Both the position numbers and the translations under genes were made by a program. 58,733 nucleotides of DNA from Pseudomonadota bacterium. GTDB taxonomy: Bacteria > Desulfobacterota > Desulfobulbia > Desulfobulbales > Desulfurivibrionaceae. Below the pieces are notes generated by a model. The model ran no database searches, was not told where the DNA came from, and was given only the letters and a program-made list of their open reading frames with translations. The stretch lies in assembly GCA_043804705.1 (NCBI GenBank), contig JAZDIS010000427.1, positions 1-58,733 on the forward strand, written 5' to 3'. Positions 1 through 10,509 of the stretch are shown here, one piece after another. Numbering within the stretch: the first letter of the stretch is position 1; the number at the start of each line of letters is the position of its first letter.

Positions 1-1
1 C

Positions 2-367
2 ATTACCGCCCAGATTCAAAAAGCCGTGGCTGCCAGCGGCATTCAGAGTGGAATCTGCCATGTGTACAACCCGCATACCACCGCCGGGCTGACCATCAAC
101 GAAGGGGCAGACCCCGCAGTGCAGACCGACATTCTTGCCGCTCTGCAAAAAATCGTGCCGATGATCCAGTACCAACACCTGGAAGGCAATTCAAAAGCCC
201 ATGTCATGGCCTCGCTTGTCGGCAGCACGGTAACGGTCTTTATTGAAAATGGCCGCCTCCAGCTTGGCACCTGGCAAAAAATCTTCTTCTGCGAGTTTGA
301 CGGACCCCGCTCCCGCAAGGTCTTGTGGCGCGCAATCCCGCTGGATGCCGGAAAAGACCATCCATGA
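2..367 (+). CDS. yjbQ: YjbQ/UPF0047 family protein (secondary thiamine-phosphate synthase), 5' end cut by window
   Basis: Motifs PHTTAGLTINEGADP, HLEGNS.AH, LGTWQKIFFCEFDGPR; frame is open from the window edge. Confidence 0.9.
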   Translation: MTAQIQKAVAASGIQSGICHVYNPHTTAGLTINEGADPAVQTDILAALQKIVPMIQYQHLEGNSKAHVMASLVGSTVTVFIENGRLQLGTWQKIFFCEFDGPRSRKVLWRAIPLDAGKDHP

Positions 368-402
368 TTTTCCAACTCCGGAATCGTAAAAGTGAATTTT
401 AT

Positions 403-1137
403 TCAGAATATCCCTTTACGCAACAAATCCCGCTCCCGCAGACGCACATACTGGAGAAGCGCTTCCTCTTCCCCCTTGGTGAGCTCAAAAAGGATTCCGT
501 AACAATATTTTTTGTTGTCTCCCCGTGTTGCCCGCATTACCTTTGCCTTGCTGATATTCATATAGGTGCCTGCGCTCAGCCCCGTCCCAGCGCCAGGGAA
601 GAACATCGCCAAATCAAGAAGAATATCCCCTGGTTCAAGGGGAGCAAACCTGTCCGTGCCGACGAAAATACCGTTGGCGCTGACATCAATGACCTGGAAC
701 CCCTGACGCATTTCATTTTTATGCATGAACATAACCGTGCTGCCGTTGGGCACGCCCACCCGATAGTTGGTCCGTCGCTGCAAGCGGAACAGGGTTGAAG
801 GAAACTCGGTGAAGATGCTGCTTTCGGTAGTGCGCCTCACCTGAACCCGCACCTTGTTCCAGACCATGGTTTCGTCCTTGAACAGGATATGGATAATTTC
901 CTGGGTTCCAGGCCAGTCAATAGGTTTGTCAATTTCAAGCGTCCGGTCATCGTAGCTGACAATGACCGTCTTGGGAGACTGATAGCCTTTGTGCACCAGA
1001 GAAACGAGCTCCCTTTTTTCCCGCAGCCGGTCCAGAGCCATCCGGATCAGCTCTGGAGACTCGGTGGATTGCGTCCCATTTTCCAGAGTTATCCACTGCC
1101 GTAACTTTTTCCCATCACTGGCTTTAAAAGCGATCAT
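403..1137 (-). CDS. Flagellar brake/YcgR-like PilZ domain protein (c-di-GMP receptor)
   Basis: QRRTNYRV (RxxxR) and DVSANG (DxSxxG) PilZ motifs, with an N-terminal PilZN-like region. Confidence 0.85.
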   Translation of the reverse strand: MIAFKASDGKKLRQWITLENGTQSTESPELIRMALDRLREKRELVSLVHKGYQSPKTVIVSYDDRTLEIDKPIDWPGTQEIIHILFKDETMVWNKVRVQVRRTTESSIFTEFPSTLFRLQRRTNYRVGVPNGSTVMFMHKNEMRQGFQVIDVSANGIFVGTDRFAPLEPGDILLDLAMFFPGAGTGLSAGTYMNISKAKVMRATRGDNKKYCYGILFELTKGEEEALLQYVRLRERDLLRKGIF

Positions 1138-1167
1138 TTTTTTAACCCAAAATTACCGGAAGCTGCT

Positions 1168-1413
1168 ATGAACAACAAAAAGACACCCCCCACGCCCCTG
1201 AAAGCAGCAGACATCTGCTTTGGCCTGAACCGGAAAACCGACGAGCGTTCCCTGGCGGCATTCCTGCAACGATTCACCGAGCCGGTTTTCCTGCAGACCC
1301 TCATTCCCCGCCTGGAAGAAGAAGAAATCACCTCGCTCCTTGATTTTCTTTCCCGCCTGATGCATAAGCATTGTAGCGAAAAGGAGTACCACCGTCTGTT
1401 CCTCAAGGAATGA
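1168..1413 (+). CDS. Small conserved cytoplasmic protein of unknown function
   Basis: 81 aa ORF with protein-like composition (FGLNRKTDE...LQRF...EYHRLFLK); fills the gap between neighbouring genes. Confidence 0.7.
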   Translation: MNNKKTPPTPLKAADICFGLNRKTDERSLAAFLQRFTEPVFLQTLIPRLEEEEITSLLDFLSRLMHKHCSEKEYHRLFLKE

Positions 1414-1527
1414 TGGCGGCGAAAAATTCCGCGCTCTGTTTCGTGGCAGTGAGCCGGATCGAACCCATCAAGAATTAACTCATCATTTATACTCGCAAAA
1501 TAGCATATCATCAAGGAGAGCGCAAAG

Positions 1528-3312
1528 GTGAGCCAGAATATTATCAGAGATCTCCGGGACTTTCTCGAAATACTGCGCCGGGAAGATTCCCTGCTCGAGG
1601 TTTCCACCCCGGTTGACCCGCATCTGGAGATTGCCGAGATCCATCGGAGGGTGATCGCCCAAGGCGGTCCGGCCCTGCTGTTCACCAATGTCAAAGGCAG
1701 CAGTTTTCCGGTGGTTACCAATCTCTTCGGCACTGCCCGCAGGCTTGAGCTGGCCTTTGGCAAACGCCCCCAACAGTTCGTGGCCGATCTGGTCAGGACG
1801 GCGGAAACCCTGATGCCGCCAAGCCTTGGCAAGATCTGGGAGATGCGCTCCCTGCTGGGTCAGGCAACCAAGGTAGGCTTAAAAAAGGTTCCGGCGGCCA
1901 AGGCCCCGATCCTGGAGGTCTGCCAGACGCCGGCCCGGCTGAGCGAACTGCCCCTGCTCACCTCCTGGGCCACGGACGGCGGCGCCTTTGTCACCCTGCC
2001 CCTGGTCTACACCGAACACCCGGACGGACGGGGCCACAACTTGGGCATGTACCGCATCCAGCACTACGATGACCGCACCACCGGCATCCACTGGCAGATC
2101 CACAAAGGCGGCGGCTACCATTACCATGCCGCGGAAAGCCGCAACGAGGCCCTGCCCATGACCCTGTTCATCGGGGGGCCGCCGGCCCTGATGCTGGCCG
2201 CTATTGCTCCCCTGCCGGAAAACATCCCGGAGCTGATGCTGGCCTCCCTGCTCCTCGGAGAAAAGCTGCCCGTTACCCGCGATCCGGCGGGCGGTCATCC
2301 ACTGGTAGCCCACGCTGAATTCGCGGCCAAGGGCTTTGTCCCGCCCCACATGCGGCGGCCGGAAGGTCCCTTTGGCGACCATTACGGCTATAATTCGCTC
2401 ACCCACGACTACCCGGTTTTCCATATCGAACGGCTGTACCATCGCCGCGACGCCATCTATCCGGCCACGGTGGTGGGCCGCCCCCGGCAGGAGGATTTTT
2501 ACATCGGCGATTTCCTCCAGGATCTCTTGTCTCCGCTCTTCCCCCTGGTGATGAACGGAGTGCGCCAGCTCAAGACCTTCGGCGAGACCGGCTTCCACTG
2601 TCTGGCCGCAGCCAAGGTCACCAACCGCTACCCCCGCGAGGCTTTTGCTTCGGGCCTGCGCATCCTGGGAGAAGGCCAGCTCTCGCTCACCAAATTCCTG
2701 ATTCTCACCGATGGCGACATCGAGGTGACGGACTTCAAGCGTCTGTGGGTCCATGTACTGGAACGGATCAACTGGAAAACCGATCTCTTCGTTTTTGCCA
2801 ATGTCTCCCAAGATTCCCTGGATTATACCGGTCCCTCGGTGAACAACGGCTCCAAGGCGATGATGATGGGGCTTGGCAAGGAGCCCCGCCGCATTCTGCC
2901 CGAATCATTCCACGGCGAACTGCCCCAGGGCTGCGACCGGGCAGAGGTCTTTCTCCCCGGCACCCTGGTGGTGCAGGGGGAGAGCTATACCGCGCAGCAG
3001 GATATCCCGGCCCGTCTGGCCCACTGCCCGGCGCTGGCCGACTGGCAGGTGGTGGTGCTGGTTGACGACGCCCAGGCGGCCACGAAAAATCTCCAGGAAT
3101 TTCTCTGGACCGTTTTCACCCGTTTCGAGCCGGCCGCGGATATCCATGCGGCCGCAACCGAGGTCCGCCGCTTCCACCCCGGCCTGACCCCGCCCATCAT
3201 CTTTGACTGCCGCCTGAAGCCCTGGTACCCGGAGGTTCTTGAGGTGGACGAAAAAACCCGGCGCCTGGTAGACGGAAAAATCAGCGATATCCTGCCGGCC
3301 CGCTTTCGCTGA
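1528..3312 (+). CDS. UbiD-family prFMN-dependent decarboxylase (long form, probably menaquinone/futalosine pathway)
   Basis: EGPFGDHYGY, NLGMYR, HWQIHKGG and ATVVGRPRQED motifs; GTG start. Confidence 0.9.
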   Translation: MSQNIIRDLRDFLEILRREDSLLEVSTPVDPHLEIAEIHRRVIAQGGPALLFTNVKGSSFPVVTNLFGTARRLELAFGKRPQQFVADLVRTAETLMPPSLGKIWEMRSLLGQATKVGLKKVPAAKAPILEVCQTPARLSELPLLTSWATDGGAFVTLPLVYTEHPDGRGHNLGMYRIQHYDDRTTGIHWQIHKGGGYHYHAAESRNEALPMTLFIGGPPALMLAAIAPLPENIPELMLASLLLGEKLPVTRDPAGGHPLVAHAEFAAKGFVPPHMRRPEGPFGDHYGYNSLTHDYPVFHIERLYHRRDAIYPATVVGRPRQEDFYIGDFLQDLLSPLFPLVMNGVRQLKTFGETGFHCLAAAKVTNRYPREAFASGLRILGEGQLSLTKFLILTDGDIEVTDFKRLWVHVLERINWKTDLFVFANVSQDSLDYTGPSVNNGSKAMMMGLGKEPRRILPESFHGELPQGCDRAEVFLPGTLVVQGESYTAQQDIPARLAHCPALADWQVVVLVDDAQAATKNLQEFLWTVFTRFEPAADIHAAATEVRRFHPGLTPPIIFDCRLKPWYPEVLEVDEKTRRLVDGKISDILPARFR

Positions 3313-3341
3313 GCAAAGAAATTTTGCACCATCTTTCTCTT

Positions 3342-3368
3342 TAAGATTGACGACCCTTCTGCCGAATA
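3342..3368 (+). promoter_or_regulatory. Putative sigma28 (FliA) promoter
   Basis: TAAG-N15-GCCGAATA versus consensus TAAA-N15-GCCGATAA; overlaps a sigma70-like TTGACG-N18-TATGGT. Confidence 0.5.
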
Positions 3369-3394
3369 GCTATGGTAGAAAGGGCAATCAATTC

Positions 3395-3450
3395 AGGAGC
3401 CGTTACGAAATAATCAGTGTTTTTTTTACTGTTTCGCTACGGCTCGTTAC
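3395..3450. repeat. Palindromic repeat family B, copy 1
   Basis: AGGAGCCGTTACGAAA...TTTCGCTACGGCTCGTTAC; related copies at 11299 and 17971-18076. Confidence 0.7.
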
Positions 3451-3517
3451 ACCATTTTTGCCAACCGGCATAAAGAATTTTATTATGCTATAAAGGCGAA
3501 TCTTGGGGGCATCCATC

Positions 3518-3952
3518 ATGAAAATCACCGCGATTACTCCTGGCCAGCAGGATGTTTCAACCATTGGCAAGAGCTCCGCCTCAACCCTGGGACTCTCTTT
3601 TCAGGATATCCTCGCCAACGAACTGGCCGCAACCGAAAGCCCGGCCGCCACAGCCATACCCGCCGCTTCCGCAGCCGCGCCGATCCCTGCAGCGCTCAGA
3701 CTGGACGGTCTTACCCTGGCGGAAGACACCATCAGCACCCTGGAAAAATTCAGCACCGCCTTAGGTAATCCCGCTTTTTCCGCTCAGGATCTTGAGCCCT
3801 TTGCCGCAGCCCTTGAAGATGAAACCGCAGCCTTGGTCAGCCTGAAAAATCAGCTCCCCGGAGGCAACCCTCTCTCCTCCCTGCTTGAGCGGGTGGCCAC
3901 CGCCTCCTATGTAGAGGCCGCCAAGCTGAGACGCGGCGACTACCATGCCTGA
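3518..3952 (+). CDS. Hypothetical protein (possibly motility regulon)
   Basis: 144 aa from ATG 3518; SFQDIL motif, Ala/Pro linker and helical C-terminal domain ending EAAKLRRGDY. Confidence 0.7.
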   Translation: MKITAITPGQQDVSTIGKSSASTLGLSFQDILANELAATESPAATAIPAASAAAPIPAALRLDGLTLAEDTISTLEKFSTALGNPAFSAQDLEPFAAALEDETAALVSLKNQLPGGNPLSSLLERVATASYVEAAKLRRGDYHA

Positions 3953-4051
3953 ACCGCTGTTGCCCCGCCCAGAACATCCCGGCCTTAACCTCCTGATTTT
4001 TCCCCACCCCTTTGCCGCGCCCTTCTGCGCCTGATCTCAAAGCACATTTTC

Positions 4052-4765
4052 ATGCCCGAAGAACGGTTGCAAAAAATCCTGGCAAAGGCGGGTCTTGCCT
4101 CCCGCCGCAACGCCGAAGAACTTATCCGTCAAGGAAAAGTGACGGTGGACGGCAAGGTCGTCACCGAAATGGGCTGCAGGGTTGACCCGGACAAGCAGAT
4201 TGTCGCCTTTGAAGGGCGCCCGCTGCGCCTGGAGGAAGAAAAAATATATCTCCTGCTCAACAAACCCCGGGGCTATGTCACGACCCTCCACGATCCTCAA
4301 GGCAGACCCATTGTCTCCTCCCTGCTCAGCGGCATCACCAGCCGGGTCTTTCCCGTGGGCCGTATTGATTTTGACACCGAAGGCGCGCTCATCCTGACCA
4401 ATGACGGCGATTTTGCCGAACGCATTCTCCACCCCCGTTTTGAAATAGAACGAACCTACCAGGCAGAAGTACGCGGCCTGCCAACCCGGGAAAAAATCCG
4501 TGAATTAGAGGAGGGGTTCGAGCTTGAGGGGAAAAAAACCTGGCCGGCCAAAGTACGCATCATTGCCATGAAACCGGCGACAACCACTCTGGAAATAACC
4601 ATCCACGAAGGACGGAAACGCCAGGTTCGCAAGATGTTCGAGGCCATCGGCCACCGAGTTCTTGAACTCAAGCGTATCGCTTACGGAGGCCTACGTCTTG
4701 GCGCCTTGCCGACCGGTAAATACCGGCGGCTCACCCCTGCGGATCTGGCCCTTATTGTCTCTTGA
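4052..4765 (+). CDS. rluB: 23S rRNA pseudouridine synthase, RluB/RsuA family
   Basis: ERLQKILAKAG.ASRR S4 domain, LNKPRG, catalytic VGRIDFDTEG, EGRKRQVRKM. Confidence 0.9.
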   Translation: MPEERLQKILAKAGLASRRNAEELIRQGKVTVDGKVVTEMGCRVDPDKQIVAFEGRPLRLEEEKIYLLLNKPRGYVTTLHDPQGRPIVSSLLSGITSRVFPVGRIDFDTEGALILTNDGDFAERILHPRFEIERTYQAEVRGLPTREKIRELEEGFELEGKKTWPAKVRIIAMKPATTTLEITIHEGRKRQVRKMFEAIGHRVLELKRIAYGGLRLGALPTGKYRRLTPADLALIVS

Positions 4766-4865
4766 AAAAAATCCTCTTTACAATTGGGCACTTAGCTGTT
4801 TAAGATGTTTTATCCCCCTGTATTTAATATTGTTTTTTTTAATGGTAGCACATCGGAGAAGGGCG

Positions 4866-5150
4866 ATGAATAAATCGGAGTTGATCGAAGCACTTGCTGA
4901 AGAGATGCATGTTCCCTTACGGGATGCGAGTTCCGCCGTGGCCACCATCCTTGAGGCCATGGGCGATGCCCTGGCAAATGGCGAGAGCATAGAAATTCGG
5001 GGCTTTGGCAGTTTTGTGGTCAAGGAGTACGATTCTTATTTCGGCCGCAATCCGAAAACCGGAGAAAAAATCAAGGTAAAGCCGAAAAAGCTTCCCTTCT
5101 TCAAGGTCGGCAAGGAACTGAAGGAGCGGGTCAACGAATCGGCTGATTAA
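4866..5150 (+). CDS. ihfB: Integration host factor beta / HU-family DNA-binding protein
   Basis: MNKSELIE...IEIRGFGSF...GRNPKTGE...PFFKVGKELKERVN. Confidence 0.85.
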   Translation: MNKSELIEALAEEMHVPLRDASSAVATILEAMGDALANGESIEIRGFGSFVVKEYDSYFGRNPKTGEKIKVKPKKLPFFKVGKELKERVNESAD

Positions 5151-6511
5151 TCACCTCCTTCCTCCCCTGCTGCTGCCCCTATAATTTCGCCAACGAGATC
5201 ATAGGGGTGGGCTTCGGTGATCCGAACATCCACAATATCCCCCGGATTGCCAACCCCCGCATTGATATACACACAGCCATCTACCTCCGGGGCCTGAAAA
5301 CGGGTTCTGCCTTCCAGCAAGAGATCGGTTTCCCGGCTCCAGCCTTCTACCAGCACCTTTTCCACCCTGCCGACCCTTGCCTGATTTCCGGCAAGGGAGA
5401 TCCCGCTCTGCAGCTCCATGAGCCGCTGCCGGCGCTCGTTCTTTTCCTCTTCGCTGCACTGTCCGGGCAGATTGTAGGCAGCGCACCCCTCTTCGTTCGA
5501 GTAGCCAAAGATCCCGATATGCGCCAGTTTCTGCTCCCGCATGAACTCTGCGAGCTGCCGCACATCCTCCTCGGTTTCTCCGGGAAAGCCCACCATGAAG
5601 GTGGTCCGAATGGCGGCCTGAGGGAGAATCGAGCGAATCCGCGCCAGGAGCGCCTCGATCTGCTGACGGCCATAGGGCCGGTTCATGCCCTTTAACACTG
5701 AATCCGACACATGCTGGAGCGGGATATCCAGATAGGGGACGATCCGGGAATTGGCGGCCATGAACTCAAGGAGCTGGGCATCGACCCGGGTAGGAAAGAG
5801 ATACAACAAGCGGAACCAAGGGATATCGCTGGCGGCCAGCAGGGCACGCAACAGCTCCACCAGATGAGGGGCGCCCGCGCCAAGATCGTGACCATAGGCG
5901 GTAAGATCCTGGGCCACCAAGGTCAGCTCCCGCACCCCGTTTTCCGCAAGCATCCCCACCTCAGCCACCAGATCATCAAGGTGCCGGCTGCGCAGACCGC
6001 CGCGCAGGGAGGGAATCAGGCAATAGGCACATCGGTTGGCGCAGCCCTCGGTCACTTTCATATAGGCGCGGTGCGCCGGAGAAGAAAGCCGGCGGGGCAA
6101 GGTGGAGTCCAGCAGAAAGGAGGGTGGCGCAAGGTGCACCAGCGTTTTTTCCGCTTGGCCAAGCTCCTGCAATCTGCTCACGATATCCTGGATCCCCTCC
6201 GTGCCGATGAAAAGATCGACCTCGGGCAGCTCGCGGGCAAGATCAGCACCGTAGCGTTGCACCATGCATCCGACTACCACCAGTTTTTTTTCAGGCCAGC
6301 TCTCCTTGACCTCCGCAAGGGTCAGGATCTCCTCGATCCCTTCTTCCACGGCAGACTGAATAAAACCGCAGGTATTGACCAACAGCAGATCGGCATCTTC
6401 CGCCTCCTCACAGGGGGCGAAACCGGCCTCGACAAGCAGGCCGAGCATGAGCTCCGTATCCACCAAATTTTTGGGACAGCCAAGACTTACAGTAAAAACG
6501 GTATGCATCAT
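5147..6511 (-). CDS. rimO: Ribosomal protein S12 methylthiotransferase
   Basis: SLGCPKNLVD, NTCGFI, CANRCAYC radical SAM motif, C-terminal TRAM domain with APEVDG. Confidence 0.95.
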   Translation of the reverse strand: MMHTVFTVSLGCPKNLVDTELMLGLLVEAGFAPCEEAEDADLLLVNTCGFIQSAVEEGIEEILTLAEVKESWPEKKLVVVGCMVQRYGADLARELPEVDLFIGTEGIQDIVSRLQELGQAEKTLVHLAPPSFLLDSTLPRRLSSPAHRAYMKVTEGCANRCAYCLIPSLRGGLRSRHLDDLVAEVGMLAENGVRELTLVAQDLTAYGHDLGAGAPHLVELLRALLAASDIPWFRLLYLFPTRVDAQLLEFMAANSRIVPYLDIPLQHVSDSVLKGMNRPYGRQQIEALLARIRSILPQAAIRTTFMVGFPGETEEDVRQLAEFMREQKLAHIGIFGYSNEEGCAAYNLPGQCSEEEKNERRQRLMELQSGISLAGNQARVGRVEKVLVEGWSRETDLLLEGRTRFQAPEVDGCVYINAGVGNPGDIVDVRITEAHPYDLVGEIIGAAAGEEGGD

Positions 6512-6523
6512 CGCCTCACTTTT

Positions 6524-7249
6524 TTATGCTACGGCCAGACCGCCGACAAAACGCACTAGGTCGGCCACCAATCCCTGCGAACGGTTACGGAATTCCTTGC
6601 TCTGAAAAGCGGGTTGCCAGGGGTTCTGCCATAACAGATCGGAAACCATCAAAACGGCAGCCAGCTCAATCTGGCGAAAGGCCGCCACCTGGATGAGCGC
6701 GGAACACTCCATGTCAACGGCAAGGATTCCCTCTGCACCATAACGAACAACTTTTTCCCGGGTTTCGCGATACAGTGCGTCGGTGGTCCAGATCGGCCCC
6801 GCCCTCAGCGCTTTACCGGTGCCGTCAAAAAAATCCTGCAGAACTTTCCGTAGCCCAAGGGAGGATTCGCTCCTGCCGGTAACGGGGTAATGGCCGGAGG
6901 TTCCCTCCTCGCTGACCGCCCAAGCCGGCAGCACCAGATCGCCCACGCCAAGATCGGGCCGGAGCGAGCCGCACCAGCCGCAGACAATGATCCTGCGGGC
7001 TCCTAAGGCGATGAGCTTTTCCAGACAGATCACCGCCATGGGTGCGCCAACCGCAGGACCAGCCCAAAACATGGGGGGAGATTGGGCAGAAAAGAGGTTG
7101 CTATGAAACAGGAAATGCCGGGCCCACCCTTTCTGGCCGGAGATCTGCGCCGCCTGCCGGGCATCGGAGGGATTCACCAGCAGTATCCCGCAGGACGGGA
7201 GCTGCGGCTCATTTTTGCCGCGACAGGGATGGACGACAACTTCGCTCAT
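6524..7249 (-). CDS. Nucleoside phosphorylase (PNP/UDP family)
   Basis: GAP.A...LEKLIALG, GWCGSL, EGTS.HY, WTTDALYRET, VDMECSA, VSD motifs. Confidence 0.85.
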   Translation of the reverse strand: MSEVVVHPCRGKNEPQLPSCGILLVNPSDARQAAQISGQKGWARHFLFHSNLFSAQSPPMFWAGPAVGAPMAVICLEKLIALGARRIIVCGWCGSLRPDLGVGDLVLPAWAVSEEGTSGHYPVTGRSESSLGLRKVLQDFFDGTGKALRAGPIWTTDALYRETREKVVRYGAEGILAVDMECSALIQVAAFRQIELAAVLMVSDLLWQNPWQPAFQSKEFRNRSQGLVADLVRFVGGLAVA

Positions 7250-7328
7250 GACCGAAGGACCCCAGAAAACGGAAAAGGCCGCCAGGGTTTCCCCTGCGGC
7301 CTTACACAACTAAAATATCGCGAAAAGC

Positions 7329-7733
<405 letters not shown>

Positions 7734-7742
7734 TTACACAAA

Positions 7743-8465
7743 TTAGTGGGCATGCTCCATGGCTGCGGAAAAATAGAGAATCGAGAGCAGCAGAAAAACC
7801 AGGGCCTGCACGATGGAAACAAACACGCCCAGGCACAAAATCGGCAACGGGGCAAAGTACGCGCCTGCCAGCATGAACAGGATGCCCAGCAGAGTTTCCT
7901 TTGCCATGATGTTGCCGAAAAGACGAATGGAAAGAGAGAGAATACGGGCGAAATGGCTGATGAGCTCGATGGGGAGCATGAGGGGAATCAGCCAGGGAAT
8001 GGGTCCGAGGAAATGCTTTATATAGCCGATGCCATGGAACTTCACGCCCAAGATGTGGGTGGTGAAAAAGACGATCAGGGTGCAGGCCAGGGTAATGTTG
8101 AGATTGGAGGTCGGAGACATGAATCCCGGCATCAGGCCGATCATGTTAGCCACAAGAATATAGAGGGCAAAGGTTGCGAGCATGGGGAACATCATTCTGG
8201 CCCCTTCCTTGCCCATGTTGTCCGCCATAAATCCCTCAAGGCCACCGATGATGACCTCCCAAAAATTCTGCCCCTTGCCCGGCACCAGGGACATCTTGCC
8301 CAGGGTCAGCTTCGGGACGATGATCAGGAAGAGCATGACCAGCCAGGTGTAGGTCATGTGCGGAGAAACCAGCTTGGCCAGCAAGGTGTCCCCAACCGGA
8401 CCATGGGGAACGGGCATCCCCAGACTTTGCAGAATCAACGAGATAAACAGTATTGGATGTTCCAT
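7743..8465 (-). CDS. atpB: ATP synthase F0 subunit a
   Basis: N.IGL.PG..SPTSNLN, PIELISHFARILSLSIRLFGNI, QALVF. Confidence 0.95.
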   Translation of the reverse strand: MEHPILFISLILQSLGMPVPHGPVGDTLLAKLVSPHMTYTWLVMLFLIIVPKLTLGKMSLVPGKGQNFWEVIIGGLEGFMADNMGKEGARMMFPMLATFALYILVANMIGLMPGFMSPTSNLNITLACTLIVFFTTHILGVKFHGIGYIKHFLGPIPWLIPLMLPIELISHFARILSLSIRLFGNIMAKETLLGILFMLAGAYFAPLPILCLGVFVSIVQALVFLLLSILYFSAAMEHAH

Positions 8466-8493
8466 GGACCGTACGAGCCTCCTTAACCTTGTA

Positions 8494-8895
8494 CTACTTT
8501 GTCGAATAAATACTTCTTGCTGCGCCCATAACGGCCAGCCCGATGCCCAAAAGCACGGTGGACAGGCCAACCAGCAGAGCGAGGGTGTGAACCAACTGGT
8601 ACCTGACCAGAAGGAAAAGAACACCCACGACCACAGACAGGCGCAGATAATATCGCATAAAAAACAACGGTTTGACCGCCTCAAGCGGCCCAGCCAACAA
8701 CCTGAGCAAATCCCTTTTTAAAAACATGAAGCTTAGGTTTGCTATCGCTCCGCCGATAAAAACCGAGCGGGCATGAAATCCTGTATACCCCAGCCAGCCC
8801 AAGCCGGTGAGCACCCCCAGCAACAGCCAGTTAAACACCATAACCCTGCCAAGCGACACCTCGCCCGGCGATGCGGGAGAACCACTGGCCGGCAT
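8494..8895 (-). CDS. atpI: ATP synthase protein I (4-TM AtpI-like)
   Basis: Four hydrophobic segments, GG.IA.L.F, RYYLRL and LLVGLS motifs; directly upstream of atpB. Confidence 0.8.
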   Translation of the reverse strand: MPASGSPASPGEVSLGRVMVFNWLLLGVLTGLGWLGYTGFHARSVFIGGAIANLSFMFLKRDLLRLLAGPLEAVKPLFFMRYYLRLSVVVGVLFLLVRYQLVHTLALLVGLSTVLLGIGLAVMGAARSIYSTK

Positions 8896-9119
8896 CAGAG
8901 ATCCTTTCTGCTGGCCATGTCATAGAGGTTTTTGAAGGCCGCCGCCACCCCGAACCCGAGAAAAATCAGGGTCAGCCAGGGGGAGGTTCTACCGCCGAAC
9001 ACCTTATGGTCCAGATAGTACCCAATGCCGACTCCGATAAAAATGGAGAAGGCCACGGTCATGCCAACGGTGCTGAACTGAGCCAGCAACCGCAGTGTAT
9101 CCTTTCGGTTATTGGACAT
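8895..9119 (-). CDS. atpZ: AtpZ/AtpI-family 2-TM protein
   Basis: IGVGIGYYLD...PW.T..FL.FGVAAAF.NLY signature; first gene of the F0 cluster. Confidence 0.85.
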   Translation of the reverse strand: MSNNRKDTLRLLAQFSTVGMTVAFSIFIGVGIGYYLDHKVFGGRTSPWLTLIFLGFGVAAAFKNLYDMASRKDL

Positions 9120-9216
9120 CTTCAGTCCCTGCCGCGCTGCCCGAACAAAGGATCCAGCGATTTACGACCGATAGGATTACTATCATTGCCTCCCCCCAAA
9201 GTCAACGGCTTTTTTC

Positions 9217-10509
9217 TCATCCGGCCAATTTTTTGAATGAGCATTCAGTTTTCTCCAGCGCCATGGCCAGCTCGGCTTCGCTCTGGGCGGCAGAGATAAA
9301 AAGGGCCTCGAACTGGGAGGGCGCCAGCCAGATTCCCTGCGCCTGCATCTGCCGGAAATGCTGGCCGTATCTGGCCGTATCAGAATGCATGGCGGAGTCG
9401 AAGTCCACCACCGGCCCATGGGTAAAAAAAGCAGTCATCATGGAGCCCACCCGATTCAGGGTGGTCTGGCCGGGCAGATATTTTTCCGCAAGCATGGTCA
9501 GACTTTTGGCAAAGCGGGCCGACTTCTCCTCCAGCGCGGCATAAAAACCGGGCTGGGCCAATTGCCGCATGGTGGCGGCGCCCGCTGCCATAGCCAATGG
9601 ATTACCGGACAAGGTTCCAGCCTGATACACCGGACCAACCGGAGAGACCGTGTCCATGAGTTCTTTTTTGCCGCCATAGGCCCCGACCGGCAGGCCGCCG
9701 CCGATGATCTTGCCAAGACAGGTGAGATCCGGCATAACGCCAAAGTGTTCCTGCGCTCCGCCCAAGGCCAACCGCAGGCCGGTGATCACCTCGTCGAAGA
9801 TGAGGACAATGCCCAGCTCAGTAGTCAGGGCGCGCAGCTTTTGCAGAAATCCCGGCTGTGGGGCGACAACCCCCATATGTCCGGCCACCGCCTCGATGAT
9901 CACACAAGCAATATCCAGCTTTTCATCGCGCAGGGTCTTTTCCAGAATCTCCGGGTTATTATAAGGAATGGACACCGTATTCTTGACAATATCCTCGGGC
10001 ACCCCAGGGCTGCCGGGGATGCCGAGGGTGATCACCCCGGAGCCTGCCTTGACCAGAAAGCTGTCGGCATGGCCATGGTAACAGCCGTCAAATTTAACCA
10101 CCACATTGCGCCCGGTATAGCCCCTGGCCAGCCGGATGGCGCTCATGGTCGCCTCGGTACCCGAACTGACGAAGCGCACCTTTTCCACCGAGGGCAGGGC
10201 CTTGATCACCAATTCGGCCAATTCAACTTCCAAGGGGCAGGGCGCGCCAAAGCTGGTACCATCCCGCAGGGTTTTCTCAATGGCCTCGACCACGGCCGGA
10301 TGATTATGTCCAAGGATCATCGGCCCCCAGGAACAGACAAAATCGAGGAACTCATTGCCATCCACATCCTGGATTTTGGAACCAGCGGCTTTCTTGACAA
10401 AAAGAGGCTCGCAGCCCACGGATTTGCAGGCTCGCACCGGACTGTTCACTCCGCCGGGGATAAGCTGCTGCGCCTTTACAAACAGGGTATGCGATAAGTC
10501 GGTCTTCAT
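9217..10509 (-). CDS. hemL: Glutamate-1-semialdehyde 2,1-aminomutase
   Basis: IPGGVNSPVRA, SGTEATMSAIRLARG, FDEVITG, GKIIGGGLPVG, QAGTLSGNP. Confidence 0.97.
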   Translation of the reverse strand: MKTDLSHTLFVKAQQLIPGGVNSPVRACKSVGCEPLFVKKAAGSKIQDVDGNEFLDFVCSWGPMILGHNHPAVVEAIEKTLRDGTSFGAPCPLEVELAELVIKALPSVEKVRFVSSGTEATMSAIRLARGYTGRNVVVKFDGCYHGHADSFLVKAGSGVITLGIPGSPGVPEDIVKNTVSIPYNNPEILEKTLRDEKLDIACVIIEAVAGHMGVVAPQPGFLQKLRALTTELGIVLIFDEVITGLRLALGGAQEHFGVMPDLTCLGKIIGGGLPVGAYGGKKELMDTVSPVGPVYQAGTLSGNPLAMAAGAATMRQLAQPGFYAALEEKSARFAKSLTMLAEKYLPGQTTLNRVGSMMTAFFTHGPVVDFDSAMHSDTARYGQHFRQMQAQGIWLAPSQFEALFISAAQSEAELAMALEKTECSFKKLAG

